Origin: an uncultured Chloroflexia bacterium
GTDB lineage: Bacteria > Chloroflexota > Anaerolineae > JAAYZQ01
NCBI GenBank assembly: GCA_963700285.1
Contig: CAVOXA010000022.1
Location: 1-64,000 of the forward strand
Direction: 5' to 3'
DNA: 64,000 bases
The notes below the pieces were generated by a model, which was given only the letters and a program-made list of their open reading frames with translations, had not been told where the DNA came from and did not search any database. How positions within the stretch are numbered: the stretch's first letter is position 1; each line of letters begins with the position of its first letter. Positions 23,307 through 32,117 of the stretch are shown here, piece after piece. A program made the translations under genes and the position numbers.

Positions 23307-24067
23307 GGGTCGAGCTGCAGTTCTACGGGACAGTGGTCTGAGCCCATGACGTGGACCAGGATGCGGGCGTCTTGGACGCTGGGGAGGAGCGCTTTGTCTA
23401 CCAAAAAGTAGTCGATGCGCCAGCCGACGTTGCGCTCGCGGGCGCCGGATCGATAGGTCCACCAGGTGTATTCCTGGGCGTCGGGATGCAGGTGGCGGTA
23501 GACGTCGACAAAGCCCTGATCCATCCAGCGGCCGAGGGCCTCCCGCTCCTCGGGAAGAAAGCCGGAGGTCTTGATGTTCTCCTTGGGCCGGGCCAGGTCG
23601 ATGGGCTGGTGGGCCGTGTTATAGTCGCCACAGACGACGAGCTTGTGGCCCTGGGCGCGGAGCTCCTGGCAGAAGGCCAGCAGCGCGTCGTAGAACTGGA
23701 GTTTAAATTCGACGCGGTTGTGCCCGCGGGTGCCACTGGGAAAGTAGGCGTTGAGCAAGGAAAAGCCGCGGTGCTCGGTGAGCAGCACGCGGCCCTCGAT
23801 GTCGAATTCTTCCCGGCCAAAGCCCTGGCGGACGGCCAGGGGTTCCTGCCGGGAAAAGGTGGCCACGCCGCTGTAGCCTTTGCGCTCTGCGGCGTGCAGG
23901 AAGGTGTGATAGTCGAGCGGCTGGCGCAGCTCAGCGGCCATCTGGTCGGGCTGGATCCGGGTTTCCTGGAGACAGAGGAGGTCCGGCGCGTCGGTATCCA
24001 GCCAGTCCCAGAAGCCCTTGCGGATGGCGGCCCGGATGCCGTTGACGTTCCAGGAAACGAGTTTCAT
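23303..24067 (-). CDS. xth: Exodeoxyribonuclease III
   Basis: SWNVNGIRA, CLQET, KGYSGVA, YFPSG, CGDYNTAH, GWRIDYF, GSDHCP. Confidence 0.95.
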   Translation of the reverse strand: MKLVSWNVNGIRAAIRKGFWDWLDTDAPDLLCLQETRIQPDQMAAELRQPLDYHTFLHAAERKGYSGVATFSRQEPLAVRQGFGREEFDIEGRVLLTEHRGFSLLNAYFPSGTRGHNRVEFKLQFYDALLAFCQELRAQGHKLVVCGDYNTAHQPIDLARPKENIKTSGFLPEEREALGRWMDQGFVDVYRHLHPDAQEYTWWTYRSGARERNVGWRIDYFLVDKALLPSVQDARILVHVMGSDHCPVELQLDP

Positions 24068-24069
24068 TC

Positions 24070-24462
24070 CTAGGCGGCCAGCACCTCGATGGTCAGGGCC
24101 CCGGTCGGGCATTCCTTGGTGCAGAGCCCGCAAGAGATGCACTTGATCGGCTCGACATAATCACGGTGGTAGTACATGGTGTGGGTTGGGCAGAACTCGA
24201 CACAGGAGAGACAGCCGACGCACTCTTCTTTTTTGATGCGGACGACGCCGGACTTGTCGCGATAGAGCGCGCCCGAGGGGCAGATAGCGATGCACTCCCC
24301 GCACTGCTTGCAGACGGCCATGCCCCACTCGGCGTTGCCCAGGGAGGTAATGTGGATGGATGACTTGGTTGGCACCATGTCCTTGTACCAGGCCTGGGCG
24401 CAGACGTCCTCGCACAGGTGGCAGCCGATGCACAACTCTTGGTTGGTTACCAGAACCTTCAT
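24070..24462 (-). CDS. Multi-[4Fe-4S] ferredoxin-like protein (AOR/CooF/DmsB-like electron transfer subunit)
   Basis: CIGCHLCEDVC, CKQCGECIAICP, CVGCLSCVEFCP, CISCGLCTKECP. Confidence 0.85.
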   Translation of the reverse strand: MKVLVTNQELCIGCHLCEDVCAQAWYKDMVPTKSSIHITSLGNAEWGMAVCKQCGECIAICPSGALYRDKSGVVRIKKEECVGCLSCVEFCPTHTMYYHRDYVEPIKCISCGLCTKECPTGALTIEVLAA

Positions 24463-24690
24463 GTTTGATCCCCTTTCCTTGGCGGCTCCATTCACGGTTG
24501 CCGGTTGCTGCGGGCGGGCCGCCAGAATGCTATCCTTGAAGGCCCATCCGGAATCCTCGTCCGGGAAGCCAGGTTGACAAAAATAAAACGCTCCCACCTT
24601 TGTGGCGAGAGCGACAAAAATCCAGCACCAAAGGGCTTGGCATCTTTGCCGGCCCGCCCGGGCAGAAAGCTGTGTAACAATGTTGAACAC

Positions 24691-24719
24691 AGCATAACCC
24701 AAGTGCGGGAAAATGTCAA
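24691..24719 (-). promoter_or_regulatory. Sigma70-type promoter of the ferredoxin-xth unit with overlapping palindrome
   Basis: Minus strand TTGACA-17 bp-TATGCT; GCTGTGT...ACACAGC inverted repeat at 24669-24693. Confidence 0.65.
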
Positions 24720-24720
24720 G

Positions 24721-24814
24721 CTTGTCACTGCGAGCGCCAGCGAAGCTTGTCACTGCGAGCGCCAGCGAAGCAGTCTGCTCCTCGGCCGCAGGTGGAGATT
24801 GCTTTACGAACTCG
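24721..24814. repeat. REP-like element, left half, with 25-bp tandem duplication
   Basis: CTTGTCACTGCGAGCGCCAGCGAAG x2, then CAGTCT...GAGATTGCTT. Confidence 0.7.
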
Positions 24815-25812
24815 CGCTCTAGAAGGGGCCAGACCAGATGAGGAACTGGTCGTGGTCATGGAGGCAACGGACATCAACTGGTATCCAGTCTCCGTCTACT
24901 TTTCGCGTCAGTTAGCGACGGTGCACGTTGTGAATCCCCGCATGGCCGCCGATCTGGCACGTTTCTACAAGCGCCACGCCCGGAGTGATCGCCTGTCGGC
25001 CAAGGTCCTGGCTCGTCTGCCGCTCGTCAGCCCAGAAAGTGTCTATCCCTTGGTCTTGTCGGGCGCCGACTATCTGACCCTGCAACGCGCCTGCAAGGAG
25101 TTGGATCGCTTGACCGTTCAAATCAGTGCCTACAAGAACCGCTTGCAGGCCATCGATCGTCTCGGCTGGCCAGGCTTGAAGTCGCGCGTCTTCAGAGATT
25201 CTGCCAGCCCCCTCACCCGTTGGTTCCGAACTCACTTCTATGACCCACGACTGGTTGTGGAAGCCGGCGTGGCCGGGTTGTGTCAGGCTTGGCGCACAGC
25301 GCAGGTCTACAACGAAGACGAGGGCTGGATTGAGCCGCTGGTGGTGCTGGCGGAGGAACTCCTGGACCTCTACGGAGACCAGGGCTCCTATCTCGACTAT
25401 GCTGCCCTTGCCGGTGAAGTCGATCGTGAACAACGGCGGCTCGCCAAGGTCGAGGCCGATGCTCACGACCTACGCCTGCGCGTCACGCGGCCTCGCTACC
25501 GCCAGCTTCATCCCAGTCGCAATCTGGAGACGATGCGCGGCGTTGGCCAGGATGGTGCAGCGGTGTACATCGGCTTTGTCGGCAACCCGGACCGCTTCGC
25601 CAGCAACCGCGCTTTCCGCGGCTGGAGCGGGATGACGCCTTGCAGCCGCCAGAGTGGTGAGAGTGAGAGCAAAGGCCTCCGCATCAGCAAAGCAGGACCC
25701 AACCTCGTCAAGAAGTACGCCTACCTCGACGCCGACGCTGCTCGTCAACGCGACCCACAGATCGCGGCAATCTACTACGATCAGATGGTGAGAAAGGGCA
25801 AGCACCATACCT
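24813..25812 (+). pseudogene. IS110 family transposase, internal fragment truncated at both ends
   Basis: VVMEATDINW, VVNP, RSDRLSA, LETMRGVG, WSGMTP..RQSG, ISKAGP, YYDQMVRKGKHH; the first DEDD strand (GID) and the C-terminal helix are missing. Confidence 0.8.
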
Positions 25813-25815
25813 CCT

Positions 25816-25946
25816 GTCGCCGCGCTCAGGACAGGCTCGCGCTGCGCTCGTCGCAATGACACAGTGGCGGTGTCATTGCGACGAGCGTGGCGCCCGGCGC
25901 CATGGAACACTCGGAATGACGGATGCTTTGCTGCGCTCAGGATGAC
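25816..25946. repeat. REP-like element, right half, plus inverted copy
   Basis: GCGCTCAGGACAGGC...CGCTCGTCGCAATGACA-9 nt-TGTCATTGCGACGAGCG (17-bp perfect IR); GCTGCGCTCAGGATGAC. Confidence 0.7.
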
Positions 25947-25972
25947 GGATTTTCGCCCTGCGGGCGATGGCG

Positions 25973-26903
25973 CTAGGTTGTCAGGTAGCCGTGGGCGTAG
26001 ATGACCTGGTTTTCCAGGATCCGTACGGTCTTGTAGATTGCGTCCTGGTCCGGATCCTTCAGGTCCACGTGGTCGGGCGTGAACTCGTCCATGGCGGCTA
26101 CGCTGTCATACAGGGCCAGGTATGCCTTGCCGGCGCCGGTGCTATCGTCCCGCTCTTCGACGATGCGGATGACCTCGTTCTGGGCCTCGTCCAGCGGATC
26201 GGCGATGGCCGAATCCAGGTCGCAGGCCATGAGCATGACCAGGAAGGTGCGGTTGAGCAGGCTGCGGTTCTCGTGGGGCACGCTGTTCGAGATGTTGGAC
26301 AGGCCGACGGTGGTCATGGGCGACGGATCCCAGAGCATCTTGAAGGAGCGGATGGCGTTGAGCGTCTCTGGACCGTGCTCCTGGCAGCCGTTCACGGTCA
26401 GGACCAGGGGATCCAGATAGATGTTTTCCATGGGGATGCCCAGCTCTTCAGCCTTGGGGATGAGGATCTCCATGGCCAGAGCCACGCGCCCGTCGGCGGT
26501 GGCCGGGATGTTCTTGTCCATGGCCAGGGCGATGATCTTGCGCCCCATATTCGGCGGCCATGGGCATGGTCGTGTTCAGGCGATCCGGATCGGCCGAAGT
26601 GGAGTTGATCATGGCCAGGATGCCCAGCTCGTTGCACTTTTTCAGACCAGCCTCGATGGCCGCGGCGTTGGTCGTGTCGAGCGACAGGGGCACCGGGCCG
26701 ATCTCGTCGTAGACCTCTTCGATCATCCACTGCATGACCTCGATGCCGTCGCGCTTGCGCGGGCCGATGTTCAGGTCGAGCGTATTGGCGCCGTTCTCGA
26801 CCTGCTTGCGCGCCAACTCGCGCACGTAGGTGGCGTCGCGATCGGCGATGGCCGCCTTGACCTTGGCGGATAGAATCTGTATGTTCTCACCAATGATGTA
26901 CAT
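25973..26903 (-). CDS. acsE: Methyl-THF:corrinoid FeS protein methyltransferase (frameshift near 26545)
   Basis: IIGENIQI, LDLNIGP, LSLDTTN, MINSTSAD, IYLDPLVL, GLSNISN, LNRTFL. Confidence 0.9.
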
Positions 26904-27035
26904 GTTTTCCTCCCTTGATTGTGAAAAGCACTTGTGGCTTGCCGCTTGCGCCTTGTCGGCGTGCAGCCGGTCTGCTCGCTTTGTTCCGTCCGGGACCGCG
27001 CCTCTGGGTACGGGGGCCAGAGCGAGCGGCTGATC

Positions 27036-28991
27036 CTAATCCGCTCTGGCCTCCAGAACGCGCATCACCGACGGGAAGGCCGAGATGTCGGTGTGCGGCA
27101 GGAACAGGGCTGACATGAACTGGTCGTAGAAGGTGTTGTCCGCTGACAGTTCCAGGTAGGTCATCTTCTTGGCGATCTCGATCACCTCGCGCCGCATGGG
27201 GCGCGATACCAGGGAGTAAAAGGCACCCAGCACCGACGTATTGCCCAGATAGCGGAATCGATCCCAGGGCATGTCGGGCAGCAGGCCGATCTGGATGGCC
27301 TTTTCCACGTTGATATACTGGCCAAAGGCGCCGGCGATGAGCACCTGCTCTACGTCGGCCAGTTGCAGTCCGACGCTCTGGACCAGCACCGAGAATCCGG
27401 CATAGATGGCGCCCTTGGTGCGCAGCAGGTTCTCGATGTCCACTTCGTTGATGACAATGTCGGTGCCAATGCCCGACTGGTTGGCCCAGACGACGACATA
27501 CTCGCCGCCATGGTCGCCCACGCGGACGCGGGGCGTCGGCAGGTCGCGCCGGATCTTGCCCGCTTTGTCCAGGATGCCGGTGACAAACATCTCGGCCAGC
27601 AGCCCGATCATGCCCGAGCCGCAGATGCCCCGGGCGGCAGTTGGCCGATGGTCTCGTAGGTGGGCTCGAAGGTTCGGTGGTCTATCCAGATCTCTTCGAT
27701 GGCCCCGGCCGTGGCCCGCATGCCGTGACGGACACCACTGCCCTCAAAGGCCGGGCCCGCCGAGCAGGCGCAGGTGATCAGCCAGTCCCGGTTGCCCAGC
27801 ACGATCTCGCCATTGGTGCCCACGTCGATAAAGAGGGTCAGCGCGTCGGTGTCGTACATGCCCGAGGCGAGGACCCCGGCGGTGATGTCGGCCCCCACGT
27901 AGGCGCCCACGACGGGCAGGCAGTCCACCAGTGGCCTGAGGGTTGATGTTCAGGCCGATTTCTTCGGCCGTGATCGGCCAGTGGCTGGCTGATGGTGGGG
28001 ATGAAGGGCATCTCGCGGATGGCACTGGGGTCCAGGGCCAGGAAGAGCTGGATCATGGTCGTGTTGCCGGCCACAACAGCCTTGGTGATCTGCCGGGATG
28101 GTATCTGGTTGCGCGATGTCAGCTTCGTCCAGCAGCCCGTTGAGGGTCTTGAGGACCATCTTTTGCAGGCGCTGGAGGCCGTCCCGTTTCTGGGAAAAGA
28201 TGATGCGCGAAATGACGTCCTCGCCGGCCGAGATCTGGGCGTTGTAGGCCGAAGCGCGGTCGAGGACTCGTCCGGTCAGCAGGTCGACCAGGTAGACGAC
28301 GTTGCTGGTGGTGCCGATGTCGATGGCGACCCCGTAACTGCGTTTGCTCTGATCTCCGGGCAGGAGATCCAAAAGCCGGGGCTGGTCCTTGGGATGGGAG
28401 ACAGGGTCGCCCATCTCCAGCACGGCCGTGACATCCCACTCGGCATCCCGCAGATCGCGAGCCAGGCTGCGAAGCATCGTCAGGCTAGCGGTGAGTATCC
28501 TGGATGCCGTGCTGGAGGGACAGCTCCCGCAGGAGCCGGTCCCAATCGGTGGTCTGATCATCCAGGCTGGGCGGTTCGATGGCCATGTGGGCGCGGCGAA
28601 CGCTGGGGTCGACCTGTCCGTCAAAGTCGGCGGCCAGAGCGACGCGTTCGGCACCAACGGTCTTGGCGACGAACTCGACCTCGACCGCCTCCTGCTCGGG
28701 CACAAAGACGACCGCGTCGCCCTTGATCACTGCCTGGCAGCCCAGTGCCCATCCACCCTCGAGGTCGGCGGCGGACAGGCGTACGCCGCTGCGGTGGCTA
28801 ACGGCTCCGTGTTCAACCCGAACCCGGCAGCGTCCACATCGCCCCTGTCCGCCACAGGGCAGGTTCAGGGCTACGCCGGCCTCGACCGCCGCGTCAGAAA
28901 GCAGGGTGCCGACCTCGACTTCTACCACCTTGCCAGATGGCTTGAAGACAACGATGCCTTTTTTCGTTCGATTCTCCGGCTCGGAAGCCAC
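27036..28991 (-). CDS. acsV: Corrinoid reductive activator (2Fe-2S + ASKHA, RACo/AcsV); frameshifted
   Basis: CGGQGRCGRC...GCQ, AIDIGTT, GEDVISRI, AGNTTM, DVGTNGE, SAGPAFEG, AGAFG, YLELS. Confidence 0.88.
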
Positions 28992-29019
28992 GGTTTTTGC
29001 TCTACCTCGGCGTCCGCTC

Positions 29020-29100
29020 AACGAACGTGGTACGTGGTACGTGTCGCGTGAGGTGGCGGATGTACCATGCAGCACGCAACACGTACCACGAATCGCGCGT
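29020..29100. repeat. Inverted heptamer-type repeat between acsC and acsV
   Basis: ACGTGGTACGTGGTACGTGT ... ACACGTACCACG. Confidence 0.5.
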
Positions 29101-29101
29101 T

Positions 29102-30449
29102 CTAGCTCCAGGTCTTGAGATAGGCCGGGATGTCTACCGCTTCGCGAGGACCGACCTGGATCTCCCAGCCAGGCAGTTCTTCTTCCAGTTCGCCAGAGAG
29201 CACGGCGACGTGGCCGGGCAGGGTGATCTTTTTGTGGTTGAGCTGATCGCCTACGTTAAAGGTCTTGACGGCCTTGGCGATGGTCTCGGCATCGTACTTG
29301 CCCGCGGCCCAGGCGGTGAGGACGCTCATGCCCTCGGCCTCACAGACCAGCAGCCAGGCGGGCATGCCGCTGCCGTCCAGCTCTCCCGCCACACTAAAGT
29401 AGGTGAGCGAGAAGTTGGTCGTCGTGAGTAGCGGCGAATCGGCGGTGGGATTGTTAAAGTCATAGATGCCCGGATCGACCGAGATCGGTTTCTGTGGGTC
29501 GGTATAGATGTTCAGTCGCAGCGTCAGCAGCGGGTAGGCCACCGCAGGGTCAAAGTGATCCATGACAATGACGCCGGCGTACTTGCAGATATACTGGGTT
29601 GCGGCGACAATCTCACCTTCTTCGCTGTCCGCCACCTCGCCCGGGAAGGCGATGAGCGGGTAGCCCAGCGCGCGAAAGTTCTTTTTCAGCGCCAGGCGCC
29701 GGAGCTGGGTCATTTCGGCCAGCGAGCCGGCGAGATCCCGGCTGCCGGGATCGAGCACGAGGTCGGCCACGCCCGCGTCGCTGATCTTTTTGGTCAGATC
29801 GGCAAGCTCATCCAGCCCATCATGGGAACGAATTGCCAGCGATGCCCCACCCTCTTTGGCAACCGCGGCCATCTCTTCCCAGTTGTCGGCCGTCGCCGCG
29901 TAGAGAAGGGGTTTGTTCCCTCCGTCGGCAGCCAGCGCGGCCTTGAGGGCAGCGGCGCTGCCGGACATCAAGATGAAGGGCAGTTTGGTCTTGGCCCGCA
30001 CGGCCTTGACGGTCTCGGCAAAGGCGCCGGCATCGCCGGAAGCATTCTCGATGGCGATGGCATTGAGCGCCATAATAATGCCCACGCGCTCGACCTTGTA
30101 GGCGGTGACCTGCTCGACCTTGGCCGCAATCTCGGCGGCGTCATCGGTGTCCTTGACCCGCAGGGCCAGGCCGGGCTGCGTTAAAGAAGGTCTTTTCGTG
30201 GCGGTACATGACCGTCTCGTTCCCGACCTGGAACTCTTGTTCGGCAGTTCCCATCTTGATCAGGCGGATGGGCGGCGCTGCCGCGGCGGACAGGGATTCT
30301 TTGGCCTCGTCCGATACGTGGGGGCAGTCGCCCAGCTCCACCTGTTGGGCTGCCAACTTCATCGCAAAGGCCAGACAGGTTGGGTACCCGCAGTCCTTGC
30401 AGTTTGTCTTGGGTAGAAGTTTGTAAATCTGAAGACCTGACAATGCCAT
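29102..30449 (-). CDS. acsC: Corrinoid FeS protein large subunit (frameshift near 30175)
   Basis: LPKTNCKDCGYPTCLAFA, ETVMYRHEKTF, IYTDPQKP, TNFSLTYF, GMSVLTAWAAGK. Confidence 0.95.
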
Positions 30450-30479
30450 TTTGGTTTACCTCCTCCGGTGCGTGATGGG

Positions 30480-31448
30480 CTACTGCGCCATCAGGTTGTT
30501 GATGGTCTCGCGGACGACGCCTACTGTTTGGGGATGGCGCAGGACCACGATATCTGCGCCTGATTCCAGCAGCGACGCGGCGGTCACAGTCTCCCAGACG
30601 ACGCCCCGTTTTCCCACTTCTCCCCATTCGTCGGGTACGCCTTGGGCGGCGCGGGACTCTTTTTGGCGCCAGCTTTCCTCGCCCACCAGGCAGACCATGG
30701 GCTGCTGGGTCATCCCATCTCCGGTCATGGCGGCGACCCGCAGTCGCTCCATGACAGAGTAGGTGTACTCCAGCCCATAGCCCAGCGCACCGGTGGTGGG
30801 GTCCATCAGCACGCGGTCCAAAGGTAGTCGCATGTCGCTGATCAGGATGTTGAGCTGCTTGGCCAGATTGACGTCGATGGGCGAACTGGACACGACCAGG
30901 TGGCCGTGGGCCAGGGCGGCAGCGACAATGGTCCGGTAGTTTTTGTCCTCGCAGAGGCCCAGGGCCAGCCTTTCGCCCGGCGCGGCCTCGGCCACGGCTA
31001 CCAGCAGGGTGTTATCGGCTTCAGCCTGGCCCGGCCCGCGTACAAAAATGGGCAGGCCGGTCGCGGCCAGTACGGCCTTGATGGTGGCTGCCGCCTGTTG
31101 GGCAGTGGTGGGCTTGCCATCGGCGTCCGTCCCCCGCAGCTTGAGCATGATAATATCGGCGCCCAGTTCCTCGGCTTTTTTGGCCCAGGCTGCCGGATCG
31201 CTGGCGGCATCGCCCCACGCCTCCAACAACGCTGCCGACCATTCGGCAGGGTAGCCGTCCTGGATCTCAATGCCGATGACCGGCGGGTTGGGCATGTCGC
31301 CCTCAAAGTGTAGGAAGGGCATGGTTGTCTGCCCACCCACGGTGACGGTCTTGGCCCGGGTGCCGCCCTCGGCAGCGGTGGCCCCAAGGGTCACTTCCCG
31401 GATAGAGCCGGTCCACCGTTCCGTAGGAATCTCAACTGTGGCTGGCAT
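30480..31448 (-). CDS. acsD: Corrinoid FeS protein small subunit
   Basis: VGGQTTMPFLHFEG, SPIDVNLAKQLN, DPTTGALGYGLEYTYSVMER, LRHP. Confidence 0.95.
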   Translation of the reverse strand: MPATVEIPTERWTGSIREVTLGATAAEGGTRAKTVTVGGQTTMPFLHFEGDMPNPPVIGIEIQDGYPAEWSAALLEAWGDAASDPAAWAKKAEELGADIIMLKLRGTDADGKPTTAQQAAATIKAVLAATGLPIFVRGPGQAEADNTLLVAVAEAAPGERLALGLCEDKNYRTIVAAALAHGHLVVSSSPIDVNLAKQLNILISDMRLPLDRVLMDPTTGALGYGLEYTYSVMERLRVAAMTGDGMTQQPMVCLVGEESWRQKESRAAQGVPDEWGEVGKRGVVWETVTAASLLESGADIVVLRHPQTVGVVRETINNLMAQ

Positions 31449-31623
31449 AGATTCTCCTCCTGAATCGATAATAAGTTGAACAGACTCTTGCGCAAAAAAC
31501 CTGTACGGTGCGCATGTCAGTTTGTGATCTGGCAGAATCAGCAGCAAGGAAAGGCCCTTGCTGCTGTAGAGTTCTCTGTCTGTTGTGACGATACCGGCAC
31601 TGTCCTGCTGTCTGGCTTGGGCG

Positions 31624-32016
31624 TCATGCCGTACCGGCGATGTCGCGGACGACGTCGCTAAGAGACAGCACTCCCACCGGCCTCTGGGGCGCTGGTTTGG
31701 AGTGCATGATGACCAGCCGATCGACCTTGTGATCGAGCATGATCAGGACGGCGGCGGACACCGGGATGTTGGGGATGATGGTCTGTACATCGTGGGTCAT
31801 GACCGCTTCGACCATGACGGCGTCATAGTCCTGGTCATAGACGCTGGCCAGATCAGAGCGGCTGACGAGCCCCTCCAATTCGCCGGATGCCTCTTCCACG
31901 ACAACGAGGGCGTTCACATTGTGCTCGGCCATTCGCTGCGCGGCTTCCCGCACGGTGGTCTCTGGATTGCAGGCCATCACGTTGCGGCTCATCACGTCTC
32001 GTACCATCTTGACCAT
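31624..32016 (-). CDS. Stand-alone CBS-pair protein
   Basis: VRDVMSR...ALVVV...GLVSRSD; VMTHDV...GVLSLSDV. Confidence 0.9.
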   Translation of the reverse strand: MVKMVRDVMSRNVMACNPETTVREAAQRMAEHNVNALVVVEEASGELEGLVSRSDLASVYDQDYDAVMVEAVMTHDVQTIIPNIPVSAAVLIMLDHKVDRLVIMHSKPAPQRPVGVLSLSDVVRDIAGTA

Positions 32017-32070
32017 CGCGGCTCCCCCTTATTCCAGGACCTGTCCAGGCAGGCCGGAACCGGAAGAAGA

Positions 32071-32108
32071 GCAGGGATCAGGGGCCCTTGGCCTCTCTGA
32101 TCCCTGCC
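32071..32108. terminator. Strong hairpin between acsB and the CBS gene (terminator or processing site)
   Basis: GCAGGGATCAG...CTGATCCCTGC; CTTCTT follows on the minus strand. Confidence 0.5.
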
Positions 32109-32117
32109 CTCGAATCG

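Noticed and set aside
24747-25859. Intact 370-aa IS110 transposase or bridge-RNA element
   Set aside because: Both ORF ends are REP-derived; the first catalytic Asp strand and the C-terminus are absent.
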